The notes beneath the pieces are model-generated. The model did no database searches and was not told the origin of the DNA. It saw only the letters and a list, made by a program, of their open reading frames with translations. From Thermoplasmata archaeon (GTDB taxonomy: Archaea; Thermoplasmatota; Thermoplasmata; Lutacidiplasmatales; UBA184): 61,525 nucleotides of DNA. The DNA lies in NCBI GenBank assembly GCA_021827405.1, contig JAKAVY010000005.1, forward strand, positions 1 through 61,525, in the 5' to 3' direction. The position numbers and the translations under genes were made by a program. Shown piece after piece: positions 46,269 to 55,216 of this stretch. Positions within the stretch are counted from its first letter, which is position 1. Each line of letters starts with the position of its first letter.

Positions 46269-47843
46269 TCAGTTCCAGTCCACCGCCACGGTCACCATGG
46301 TCACCGTGAGCCCGGCAGCGAAGACGGGGGCCACCACCGTGTAGGTTCCCGCGGGATTTCCCAGGGAGCAGGAGTGGCAGACGTACGCCTGCCCGGACCC
46401 GAAGAGGCCGGGCTCGGTGGCGAAGAAGTTCAACCAGGCCCCCGGGTAGGGGGTGACGATCTTGAAAAGGGCCGGGAAGGCCAGGTACTGGCCGTTCCCC
46501 GGGAGGACGGAGAAGCTCGAGAGGCCCTGGAGCTTCAGGCTCACCCCCACCACCCCTCCCCCGCTCTGGGTGGACAGCCCGGAGACGATCGGCTGGACCA
46601 GGGTGAGGTTCAGCAGCGGACCGAGGGAGGAGGGGGTGAGGCTGAACTGGGGAGGGGCGACCATGACGGAGGTGTTGCCGGGCCCCCCGGCGATCACGGC
46701 CCCCTCCTCGAAGGTCACGGTCAGCGCAGGGAAATACCGGTTGTACAGGTGGGCGGCGAAGCCTCCCACGGCCGTCTGGTTGACCGACCGGGTCAGGGCG
46801 GAGGTGAACGGGCAGGCGTCGAAGGCCGAGGCGTTCTGGAAGGTGAGGGAGTTGCCCGCGAACCCGTCGAGGGCCGTGGTTGCGGTGTGGGAGTTCACCA
46901 CGCCCTGGGCGTTCTCCCAGCGGACCGTGGCGTTTACCCCGGTCTCTCCCGGGGTGACGAGGGTGATCCCGCGGAACTGGGTCACCGGGTAGGCGTTCCC
47001 GGCGGGGCAGAAGTTCCCCTGGGCCAGGGAGAAGGTGGTGCCCAGGGAGACCTCCGTCTGGGGCGCCGGCGCGGTGGTGGCACTGGTGGTGACGTTCGCG
47101 GAGAAGCTGTTGCCGGGGCCGACCAACCGGCTGGTCACGGCCACGTTGTCCGTGGGCCCCACCCCGTTGCCGAGGAAGAGCACGGTGACGTGGTCGTGGA
47201 TCCCCACCACCTGGAGGTCGACCGCCCCCGGCTGGTCGAACTTCACGGTGAGGGTCAGCTGGTCGTAGTTCCCCGTGAGGTTGTAGTCGAGCTGGCAGAA
47301 GACCAGGGAGAGGCAGTCCTCATAGCTCGGGCCCAGTGTGGCATTGCTCACGCTGGCGTTGTACACGGTGAACGCCCCGCTCGCCGCACAGCTCCCGTTG
47401 CCCGTACTACCGAAGCAGGCCGAGCCGTGGTTCCAGTCCACCGCCACCGGGCTCACCAGGGTGTCGTTGTACGTCAGGTTGAACCGGCTGTCCGGCGCGG
47501 GGAGGGCGTAGAGCTCCGTGGAGGCCGGGAGGCCCAGCGGAGGCACCCCCTGGCTGGCCATCTGGACGGGGGCGGTCACCGTCACGGGGAGGGCCGGGTT
47601 GGCGGCCTCGGCCAGGACGTCCGCCTGGATCTGGGCGATCTCGTTCTCCACCTGGAGGGTGTGCTGGTACTCGGCCGTCTCCAGCTGCTGGGGGAGCACG
47701 TTCGCCGTGTACTCCCCGATCATCAGGGCCAGGATGAGGAGGCTGAAGGTGACCGCGATGGCGCTGGCCACCGCGCGCCGACCGTGGATCCGCCGGCGAC
47801 CACGGGCGGGAGACCTATGCGGGGGTAGGGTCCGGGGGGACAA
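46269..47843 (-). CDS. Large class III signal-peptide (type IV pilin-like) surface protein
   Basis: RRIHGRRA|VASAIAVTFSLLILALMIG...VLP....AEYQH..QV; beta-rich Ser/Thr/Asn body with many N-x-S/T sequons. Confidence 0.78.
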   Translation of the reverse strand: MSPRTLPPHRSPARGRRRIHGRRAVASAIAVTFSLLILALMIGEYTANVLPQQLETAEYQHTLQVENEIAQIQADVLAEAANPALPVTVTAPVQMASQGVPPLGLPASTELYALPAPDSRFNLTYNDTLVSPVAVDWNHGSACFGSTGNGSCAASGAFTVYNASVSNATLGPSYEDCLSLVFCQLDYNLTGNYDQLTLTVKFDQPGAVDLQVVGIHDHVTVLFLGNGVGPTDNVAVTSRLVGPGNSFSANVTTSATTAPAPQTEVSLGTTFSLAQGNFCPAGNAYPVTQFRGITLVTPGETGVNATVRWENAQGVVNSHTATTALDGFAGNSLTFQNASAFDACPFTSALTRSVNQTAVGGFAAHLYNRYFPALTVTFEEGAVIAGGPGNTSVMVAPPQFSLTPSSLGPLLNLTLVQPIVSGLSTQSGGGVVGVSLKLQGLSSFSVLPGNGQYLAFPALFKIVTPYPGAWLNFFATEPGLFGSGQAYVCHSCSLGNPAGTYTVVAPVFAAGLTVTMVTVAVDWN

Positions 47844-47860
47844 AGGACTGGACCTGAGGA

Positions 47861-48232
47861 CTACTCAGGGGGTCGGTCGGTATATAGTCCTGACGCGGGA
47901 GACGCCCTTCCCCGTCGCCGGTCAAAGGAGAAGTCGAGCCACTCCTTCCCCTTCTTGAGCGTCCCCCAGGTCCGTACGGTACGGACCGAGGGGAGCCGTC
48001 CTCCCCGGGAAAGTTCCTCGGAGGGCCGGTTGAGGCGCCGCCGGGCCTCGGCGACCTCCGGCTGGGGGATCGCCAGGAGGACCCGGCGACCCCGGACCCG
48101 GATGATGCGCGGGGGCGGTCCCGGGGTGGGGCCGGAGAGAAGGCCGGCCAAGAGCCGGCCGACCTCCCGGGGCGGGAGGAAGGCCTCCTCCCGCAGCTCC
48201 ACTCCCAGGTAACGGGGTCGGAAGGGGCGATC
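47861..48232 (-). CDS. rnp2: RNase P protein component Pop5/Rpp14 family (start uncertain)
   Basis: In-frame upstream of GTG 48202: DRPFRPRYLGVEL; C-terminal VRTVRTWGTLKKGK; both resemble the conserved ends of Pop5. Confidence 0.7.
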   Translation of the reverse strand, partial: DRPFRPRYLGVELREEAFLPPREVGRLLAGLLSGPTPGPPPRIIRVRGRRVLLAIPQPEVAEARRRLNRPSEELSRGGRLPSVRTVRTWGTLKKGKEWLDFSFDRRRGRASPASGLYTDRPPE

Positions 48233-49358
48233 AGCTGACCTGGTCGATGCCCCCCGAGGTTTCGCCGGTGGCGTAGCCGCCTCCCCGGGAGCCCAGGAGG
48301 TTCGCGGCCTTCACCCCGGTGATGATGAGGAGCACCTTGATGGTGTTCTCCATCTCGGGCGAAGGGTCCACGGTGCACCCCCAGATGATCCGGGCGCGCT
48401 TGGAGATCTTGCTGCCCACCAGGGCCGCCGCCTTCTCCGCCTCGGAGACCGTCATGCTGGGACCGCCGACCACCCGGACCAAGGCCCCGGTGGCGTCCTT
48501 CATGTCCACGTCCCCCAGCAGCGGGGAGGTCAACGCCTCGGTGACCGCTTCCGTGACCCGGTCGGTGGCGGACTCGCTCTCCCCCAGCCCGATCAGGGCC
48601 ACGCCCCCATCCTTCATGATGGTGAGCAGGTCGGCGTAGTCCAGGTTCACCAGCCCCGGCTTCGTCACGATCTCGGTGATCCCCTTGATGGCGGTCATGA
48701 GGACGGCGTCGGCGAGCTTGAACGCGGCGTCCAACGGCATCCGGGGAACGAGCTCCAGGAGCTTGTCGTTCTGGATCACGATGGTGGTGTCGCAGACCCG
48801 GCGGAGGCGCTCCAGCCCGTCCCGGGCCTGCTCCATCCGGACCGCTCCCTCCGCGGCGAAGGGGAGGGTCACCACGCCCATGGTCAGGGCGCCGGCCTCC
48901 TTGGAGACCCGGCCCACCACGTGCGCCGAGCCGGTGCCGGTCCCTCCGCCCATCCCGGCGGTGACGAAGACGATGTGCGCCCCCTGGACAAAGCCGCGGA
49001 GGTCCTCCTCGTTCTCCCGGGCGGCCTCCTCCCCCACCTCGGGGCGGGCCCCTGCGCCGAGGCCCTTGGTGGCCCGGCGGCCGATGAGGACCTTCCGGGG
49101 CGCATGGATGGTGAGCAGGTGCTTGGCATCCGTGTTGATGGCGCACATCTCGGCGCCCGAGATGCCCTCCTCCACGCACCGGTTGATGGTGTTGGAGCCT
49201 CCGCCACCGCATCCGACGATCCGGATGTTCACCTTCAACTGTTCTGCGAGCTTGGTCAACTCCTCGTCATCGGCGCTGATCGGCGAGGCGACCTTCTTGG
49301 CCTCCAACGCCTGGTTCTCTTGGTGCTTCGAGATGGCTTCCTGGATGATGGACTTCAT
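48231..49358 (-). CDS. ftsZ: Cell division protein FtsZ
   Basis: GCGGGGSNT, NTDA.HL, GLGAG..PE.G, AGMGGGTGTG, PF..EG, NDKL, NLDYAD. Confidence 0.97.
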   Translation of the reverse strand: MKSIIQEAISKHQENQALEAKKVASPISADDEELTKLAEQLKVNIRIVGCGGGGSNTINRCVEEGISGAEMCAINTDAKHLLTIHAPRKVLIGRRATKGLGAGARPEVGEEAARENEEDLRGFVQGAHIVFVTAGMGGGTGTGSAHVVGRVSKEAGALTMGVVTLPFAAEGAVRMEQARDGLERLRRVCDTTIVIQNDKLLELVPRMPLDAAFKLADAVLMTAIKGITEIVTKPGLVNLDYADLLTIMKDGGVALIGLGESESATDRVTEAVTEALTSPLLGDVDMKDATGALVRVVGGPSMTVSEAEKAAALVGSKISKRARIIWGCTVDPSPEMENTIKVLLIITGVKAANLLGSRGGGYATGETSGGIDQVS

Positions 49359-49394
49359 GCTTATCGCCCCGTACTCCTCGGTCCGTTTGTCTGC

Positions 49395-49441
49395 TGAGCG
49401 TCAGACGCTCACCGATGTCATCCTCCGCCTTGGTATTTAAA
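49395..49441 (-). promoter_or_regulatory. ftsZ promoter (TTTAAATA) with a perfect 8-1-8 palindrome at the predicted TSS
   Basis: TATA at 49434-49441 on the minus strand; TGAGCGTC-A-GACGCTCA at 49395-49411. Confidence 0.65.
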
Positions 49442-49443
49442 CG

Positions 49444-50499
49444 CTACGTTCCAGCGGGAGGGTCTCTATCGGTGCCGGTCCCTTCACCGCCACGGGCCGG
49501 AGCGTCCGACAAGGTCCCCGGGCCCGCCTCCGGCGTGGGAGCGGCCCTCCTCAAGCGGCCCGCGTACAGGAGGACGGCCCCGGCCACCAGGAGCGGGATC
49601 CCCGTGGCCCCGAAGCTCACCGAGACGGCGGCCAGGGCCACCCCCCAGGCCGGGACCGTGGCCAACGTGAAGTTCACCTCCGCCGAGCCCGGGCTTCCCC
49701 CGGTCCCGACCGGGAAGCTCACCCAGAGCTGGTACACTCCCGGATGGTCCTGGACCGAGACGTAGAACGCCTGTGGGTCCGCCAGGCTCCCCACCGGGGC
49801 ACTTCCCAGGCTGGCATTCCCCGGGGAGACGAACTCGGCGGTAAGGCCGAGCCCGGGAGTGGGGGTGGCGACCAGGGCGTAGACCTCCTCCCCCGGGGAG
49901 ACCGGGAGGGTCTTCCGCAAGGTCTCGCCCCGGGCCAGGGAGGCAGACTCCGACAGGGAGAGGTGGGCCAAGGGCTGCACTGGGGGGAGGGCGGCGTAGA
50001 CAAAGTAGAGGACCACGGCGAGGAAGAGCACCGTGGCCCCGAGGAGCAGGCTCTGCCGGCCCAGGCGGCGGGCCCGCATCCGTTGGGCCGCCCGACCTTC
50101 CCCGCGCGGGTCACCGACACCGAAGACCACCAGGGGCAGGACGGCGGCGAGGAGGACCACCGGGGTGCTCGGGCCCACGGCCCCGCCGACCAGCAGGCTT
50201 CCGACCGCGGCCGCGGAGGAGAGGAGGAGCAGGACCGAGAGGCGTCCCAGGGGGCGGTGGGGGGCCAGGACGAGAAGGGCAAAGGGGGGCAGGAGCAGGA
50301 CCCCGGAGAGCAGCGCGAGCCCTCCGGCGACGGGGAGGGAGTTCGGGAGGGGAAGGAGGGCGGCCGCCGATCCCAGCGCCGCCAGCACCGAGAGGGCCAG
50401 CCCGAAGAGGAGCGCCACCCGCCGGGTCGCTCCGACGAGAGGAGGTTCCCCTCCCTCCGGCGAGAGCGGTCCTTCTGGTCCTGACCCGGGTCCGGTCAC
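49444..50499 (-). CDS. Multi-pass membrane protein with an extracellular beta domain, hypothetical
   Basis: About five N-terminal TMs, a soluble domain and a C-terminal TM; start moved to GTG 50499 to avoid overlap with polC. Confidence 0.65.
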   Translation of the reverse strand: MTGPGSGPEGPLSPEGGEPPLVGATRRVALLFGLALSVLAALGSAAALLPLPNSLPVAGGLALLSGVLLLPPFALLVLAPHRPLGRLSVLLLLSSAAAVGSLLVGGAVGPSTPVVLLAAVLPLVVFGVGDPRGEGRAAQRMRARRLGRQSLLLGATVLFLAVVLYFVYAALPPVQPLAHLSLSESASLARGETLRKTLPVSPGEEVYALVATPTPGLGLTAEFVSPGNASLGSAPVGSLADPQAFYVSVQDHPGVYQLWVSFPVGTGGSPGSAEVNFTLATVPAWGVALAAVSVSFGATGIPLLVAGAVLLYAGRLRRAAPTPEAGPGTLSDAPARGGEGTGTDRDPPAGT

Positions 50500-50571
50500 G
50501 GTCCTCCTTCCGCCCAGGGTCCCCCGGGCGGTTATCCCTTCTCCCCCGCACGGGAGCGCTGCCCGAGCCGG

Positions 50572-53500
50572 ATGGCTTATCTGACCGACCTCCCGTTCCC
50601 CACCGTGGAGGAGTACTTCTCGCTCCTCAAGCGCGAGGTGGACCGGGCCTACTCGGTGGCGGAGGAGGCGCGCTCCCGGAAGCTCGACCCCAGCGTCCAC
50701 GTGGAGATCCCCCAGGCCGAGGACCTGGCGAGCCGGGTGGAGAAGCTCTTGCTCACCCGCTGGCCGGTGGAGGGGATCGCTCCCCGGATCCGGGCCCTCT
50801 CCAAGGAGATGGCCCGGGAGGAGGTGGCCCTCGCCCTCACCCAGGAGATCGCCCGGGACCCGGGGCGAGGCACCCTCGCCGAGCGGTTGGAGGTCGCCCT
50901 CCGGGTGGGGCTCGCCATCCTCACCGAGGGGATCCTGGTGGCCCCCCTGGAGGGCCTCGCCAAGGTGGAGCTAAGGCCCGCCGCCGAGGGCGGGTACGTG
51001 GACCTCTACTACGCCGGGCCCATCCGCGCCGCCGGCGGGACCGCCCAGGCGCTCTCGGTGCTCATGGCCGATGTGGTCCGCCGGGAGCTCGGGCTGCCCG
51101 CCTACGCCCCCACCCCGGCCGAGGTGGAGCGCTACTGCGAGGAGATCCCGCTCTACAAGCACTGCCAGCACCTGCAGTACGTCCCCTCCAAGGAGGAGAT
51201 CCGCTCGGTGGTCAGCCGCCTCCCGGTCTGCGTGAACGGGGAGTCCACCGAGGGGGACGTGGAGGTGAGCGCCTACCGCAACCTGCCCCGGGTGGAGACC
51301 AACGGCCTTCGGGGGGGAGCCTGCCTGGTCCTGGCGGAGGGCATCTGCCAGAAGGCCCCCAAGCTCCGCAAGACGGTGGAGCGGCTCCACCTCACGGGCT
51401 GGGACTTCCTCGCGGACCTGGGGAAGGGGAAGGCCGTGGATCCCGGGGCCGAGGAGGAGGGCCCCCGGTACCTGGCCGAGGCGGTCGGCGGCCGCCCCGT
51501 GCTCGCTCACCCGAACCGCCCGGGGGGCTTCCGCCTCGTGTACGGCCGGTGCCGGACCACGGGGCTGGCGGCCGCCGGGATGAACCCGGCGACCATGGTC
51601 CTCCTCCGGCACTTCGTGGCGGTCGGGACGCAGGTGAAGACGGAACTGCCTGGGAAGGCCGCCGCCATGGCCCTGTGCGATACGGTGGAGGGCCCGCTGG
51701 TGGTCCTCGACGACGGCTCCTTCGTGGCCGTGAACGACCGCCCCACCGCCGAGGAGCTCCTCCCCCGGGTCCGCCGGGTGGTGGACGTGGGGGAGATCCT
51801 GGTCTCCTTCGGCGAGTTCCTGGAGAACAACAAGCCCCTCTCCCCGGGGGCCTACAGCCTGGCCTGGCACCTGGAGGAGTGCCGGGCCCGGGGGCTTCTC
51901 CCCGGCCCCCGGACCCTGGCCCCCACCTTCGAGGAGGCGCTGGAGGACTCCCGGACCTACGGCCTACCCCTGCACCCCCGCTTCAATCTCTTCTGGCACG
52001 ACCTCACCGGCCCGGAGGTCGCCTCGCTGGCCGACCGGGTCCGAAAGGAGGGACGAGGGGAGGACGGGCTCTCCCTCCCCGCCGACCCCGGGCTCAAGGA
52101 GCGGCTCCTCGTCCTCGGTGCCTTGCACTCGGAGCGGGAGGGGCAACTCATCCTCGCCCCGGCCACGGCCTCGGCGCTGCTCCTCGGCCTCGGGTTGGAG
52201 CATAAGGACGGTTCCCTCGTGGACCGGGCCCCGGCCGGCGGGGTGGCGGCGGACGGGTTGGGCGAGGCCTGCCGGCGCTCCGGCCTCCTCCTCAAGGCCC
52301 GGGCCCCGACCCGGATCGGGGCGAGGGTGGGCCGGCCGGAGAAGGCCAACCGGCGGATGCTCAAGCCCAACGTGCATGCCCTGTACCCGGTGGGCGAGGC
52401 CGGCGGTCCCCAGCGCTCGCTTCGCCTGGCGGCCCGGCCGGAGGTCCCGGAAGAGGTCACCCCCTCCTCCCCGGTGAGGACCTCGGTGACCCTGGGGGTC
52501 CGGCGCTGCGAGGTCTGCGGCCGGGAGACGGTGGACAACCAATGCCCATGCGGCGGGCACACCGCCCCGACCCCCCGGACGGTCCAGCAACGCCTCCCCT
52601 ACCCCGAACGGCTCGACCAGGCGCTCCGGCACCTTAGGCTCCCCGGGCTCTCCCAGGACGTGAAAGGGGTCAAGGGGCTCCTCTCGGAGACGCGGACCCC
52701 CGAGCCCCTGGAGAAGGGGATCCTCCGCGCCCTCCACCAGGTCTCGGTCTACCAGGACGGCACCGCCCGCTTCGACCTCACGGACCTGCCCCTGACCCAC
52801 TTCCGGCCCCGGGAGGCCGGGCTCTCCGTGGAGGAGGCGCACCGCCTGGGGTACGGGACCGACTGGCGGGGACACCCGCTCACCGAGGCCGAACAGCTGG
52901 TGGAGCTCAGGCCGCACGACCTGATCCTCTCCCGGCGGGCGGGGACCTATCTCCTCTCCCTCTCCCGGTTCGTGGACGACGAACTGACCCTCCTCTACGG
53001 GGGGAGGCCGTACTACGGGGCCCGACAGATGGAGGACCTGCTCGGTTCCCTCCTCATCGCCCTCGCCCCCCACACCTCCGGCGGGGTCCTGGGCCGGCTG
53101 GTGGGATTCACCGACGCCGAGGCCTGCCTCGCCCACCCGGTCTTCCATGCGGCCAAGCGCCGGAACTGCGACGGGGATGAGGACTCCGTCACCCTGCTCA
53201 TGGACGGGTTATTGAACTTCTCCCACGCCTACCTGCCCGTCCGGCGCGGGGCCCTCATGGACAAGCCCCTCGTGCTCACCACCCGCCTGGACACCCGGGA
53301 GGTGGACAAGGAGGCGCACAACCTGGACGTGGCGCTCCGCTACCCCCGGGAGCTCTATCAGGCGGCGGAGGAGCGCCGCTCGCCCAAGGAGGTGGAGCGC
53401 CTGGTGGACACCCTGGGGAAGCGACTGGAGGACCCGGAGCGCCAGTGCCGGGACCTGGGGTTCACCCACGATACCTGGGACGTGGCCGGCGGCCCTCTCC

Positions 53501-53982
53501 AGTCGGCGTACCGGGAGGCGCAGGGAATGGAGCGGGCGGTGGAGTCCACGCTGGAACTGGCCGCCCAGATCCGGGCCGTGGACCTGGAGGACGCCGTCAG
53601 CCGGGTCCTCAACCATCACTTCCTGCCGGATATCATGGGGAACCTCAAGGGCTACGCCACCCAGCGCTTCCGCTGCAAGGTCTGCAACGAGAGCTACCGT
53701 CGGCCCCCGCTCGGGGTGCGCTGCACCGCCCGCCGGGGCCGCCGGCCCTGCGGAGGGGAGCTCCTGCCTACCGTCTACCCCCCCAGCGTGACGAAGTACC
53801 TCCCCCTGGCCCGGCGGCTCACCGAACGCTACGGGATCTCCCCCTACCTCAAGCAGCGCCTGGACGTCCTGGAGAGCTCGCTGCGCTCCCTCTTCCCCCC
53901 CGAACCCCTCCGCCCTCCGCCGCTGGAGGAGTACCATCGCCCGGCTCCCCCGGAGCGGGCGCCGGGGGAGAGCGGCAGCTAG
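50572..53982 (+). CDS. polC: DNA polymerase II (PolD) large subunit DP2
   Basis: AILTEGILVAPLEG, YAGPIRAAGGTAQALSV, GGFRL.YGR, R.GRPEK, PEPLEKGILRA, HAAKRRNCDGDED, C-terminal Zn finger; no intein seen. Confidence 0.97.
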   Translation: MAYLTDLPFPTVEEYFSLLKREVDRAYSVAEEARSRKLDPSVHVEIPQAEDLASRVEKLLLTRWPVEGIAPRIRALSKEMAREEVALALTQEIARDPGRGTLAERLEVALRVGLAILTEGILVAPLEGLAKVELRPAAEGGYVDLYYAGPIRAAGGTAQALSVLMADVVRRELGLPAYAPTPAEVERYCEEIPLYKHCQHLQYVPSKEEIRSVVSRLPVCVNGESTEGDVEVSAYRNLPRVETNGLRGGACLVLAEGICQKAPKLRKTVERLHLTGWDFLADLGKGKAVDPGAEEEGPRYLAEAVGGRPVLAHPNRPGGFRLVYGRCRTTGLAAAGMNPATMVLLRHFVAVGTQVKTELPGKAAAMALCDTVEGPLVVLDDGSFVAVNDRPTAEELLPRVRRVVDVGEILVSFGEFLENNKPLSPGAYSLAWHLEECRARGLLPGPRTLAPTFEEALEDSRTYGLPLHPRFNLFWHDLTGPEVASLADRVRKEGRGEDGLSLPADPGLKERLLVLGALHSEREGQLILAPATASALLLGLGLEHKDGSLVDRAPAGGVAADGLGEACRRSGLLLKARAPTRIGARVGRPEKANRRMLKPNVHALYPVGEAGGPQRSLRLAARPEVPEEVTPSSPVRTSVTLGVRRCEVCGRETVDNQCPCGGHTAPTPRTVQQRLPYPERLDQALRHLRLPGLSQDVKGVKGLLSETRTPEPLEKGILRALHQVSVYQDGTARFDLTDLPLTHFRPREAGLSVEEAHRLGYGTDWRGHPLTEAEQLVELRPHDLILSRRAGTYLLSLSRFVDDELTLLYGGRPYYGARQMEDLLGSLLIALAPHTSGGVLGRLVGFTDAEACLAHPVFHAAKRRNCDGDEDSVTLLMDGLLNFSHAYLPVRRGALMDKPLVLTTRLDTREVDKEAHNLDVALRYPRELYQAAEERRSPKEVERLVDTLGKRLEDPERQCRDLGFTHDTWDVAGGPLQSAYREAQGMERAVESTLELAAQIRAVDLEDAVSRVLNHHFLPDIMGNLKGYATQRFRCKVCNESYRRPPLGVRCTARRGRRPCGGELLPTVYPPSVTKYLPLARRLTERYGISPYLKQRLDVLESSLRSLFPPEPLRPPPLEEYHRPAPPERAPGESGS

Positions 53983-54008
53983 AAGAGTCCAGACCCCTCC
54001 CCCCGGAT

Positions 54009-54118
54009 GGGCTCGTGGGGTAGTTTGGACTATCCTGATGGCCTTCGGAGCCATCGACCCGGGTTCGAATCCCAGAGGCGTCCGGGCCTCTCGGGCGGAA
54101 CTCCCGGCGAGCCCGCCA
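54009..54118 (+). tRNA. tRNA-Arg(TCG) with a 32-nt intron at position 59/60 (54070-54101) and encoded CCA
   Basis: Acceptor GGGCTCG/CGAGCCC-G-CCA; anticodon arm ATGGC-CTTCGGA-GCCAT; T-arm CCGGG-TTCGAA^T-CCCGG restored after intron removal; strict BHB at the junctions. Confidence 0.9.
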
Positions 54119-54156
54119 ATCCTTTGGCCCAGGGACCCCGGGCCCGGTCCCTCGCC

Positions 54157-54783
54157 CTAGGGGGGAGGAGCGGTCCGTCCGGGACCGTCCCGCTCCGATG
54201 GGAGCGGGGAGCCCCGGCCCGGCCCGGGGGGGGAGGCCCCGGGCGGGGTCTTGAGCACCTCCGCGTAGCGGAGCTCGATCCCCGCCAGCCGGCCCAGGAG
54301 GAACCCGGTGCTCAGGGAGAGGAGGGTGTCCACCACGAGGAGGATGCCCTCCGTGAGCGGGCTCAGCGACGGGGCCGCGCTGACCGGCCCGAAGGACAGG
54401 AAGGAGGGGAAGTAGACGAACTCCAGGGCGATCCGGACCGCGTAGAGGGCCACGTAGAGCACCGCCGCCTGCATCCCGATCCGGAACATCCAGGTCCCCG
54501 TCGGGCCCTGGTAGATCTCCACCCGCTCCCGGGTGAACCCGGTGAAGACCACGGCCCCCACGACCACCACCCCCAGGTCCAGCGGGACCGTCCAGAAGGG
54601 GAGGATCAGGTAGGTGAGCAGGAGTTGGACGAGCAGGAGGACCACGTAGAGGCCGGCGGAGGCCCAGAGCCGGCCCCGGGAGAGGCGGGTACCGTGGGCC
54701 GTGCGGTACGCCCGGCGCAGGACCAGGCCCAGGAAGATCACCAGGACCAGGAGCGTGGAGGTGAGCCCGGAGGGGGCGGACAC
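54157..54783 (-). CDS. Multi-pass membrane protein (possibly CcdC/DUF1453-like)
   Basis: About five TMs; LRRAYR...G...S..RL and Y.AL...R..LE pattern; family assignment tentative. Confidence 0.7.
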   Translation of the reverse strand: MSAPSGLTSTLLVLVIFLGLVLRRAYRTAHGTRLSRGRLWASAGLYVVLLLVQLLLTYLILPFWTVPLDLGVVVVGAVVFTGFTRERVEIYQGPTGTWMFRIGMQAAVLYVALYAVRIALEFVYFPSFLSFGPVSAAPSLSPLTEGILLVVDTLLSLSTGFLLGRLAGIELRYAEVLKTPPGASPPGPGRGSPLPSERDGPGRTAPPP

Positions 54784-54846
54784 AGGGGCGGCACCAGGGT
54801 CCGGTAGTTAAGCCCGTGTGCGGGCGGAGCCACCGGGTCCCGATGC

Positions 54847-55146
54847 CTACCCGAAGTAGATGGGGTTGGCCTCCGGGGCCTTCTTCTCTTCCTCAGGCGT
54901 GGCGTGGTGGAGGATCTCCACCGAGAGGAGCACGGCGGAGGGGATGAGCCGGATGCGGCCCTTCGCCTCGGAGCCGGCGGAATCGTCGAGCTCGATGGCC
55001 ATGGCCTGGTCTCCGCCTCCGAGGCTCACGTAGCCCCGGAACGTCCCCCGGGTCACCAGGGGGTCCTCCCCCTTGTCCCCGGACCGGAGGACCACCGTGG
55101 AGCCCGTCGTGAGGGAGATGCCGGTGCGTTTCTTGTCCTCCGCCAT
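54847..55146 (-). CDS. Small conserved-looking beta-rich protein
   Basis: 99 aa of alternating beta strands (GTFRGYVSLGG, AMAIELD, GRIRLIP, LSVEIL); ends in IYFG. Confidence 0.75.
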   Translation of the reverse strand: MAEDKKRTGISLTTGSTVVLRSGDKGEDPLVTRGTFRGYVSLGGGDQAMAIELDDSAGSEAKGRIRLIPSAVLLSVEILHHATPEEEKKAPEANPIYFG

Positions 55147-55216
55147 GGTGGGGTGCCTTTCCTTCCCGCCAGCACGCCGGACCCTATAGCCTTCGCCCCG
55201 GAGCGGCGCTCCCCCC

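Noticed and set aside
49401..49421. Mini-ORF MTSVSV upstream of ftsZ on the minus strand
   Set aside because: Its ATG lies upstream of the TSS predicted from the TATA box, so it is probably not transcribed.
50572..53982. Inteins in DP2 or RadA
   Set aside because: Lengths are normal and the usual insertion motifs (RNCDGDED, GSGKTQ) are uninterrupted.
54061..54118. Integrative-element att duplication at the tRNA 3' end
   Set aside because: The insert forms an exact BHB and no integrase is nearby, so an intron explains it better.
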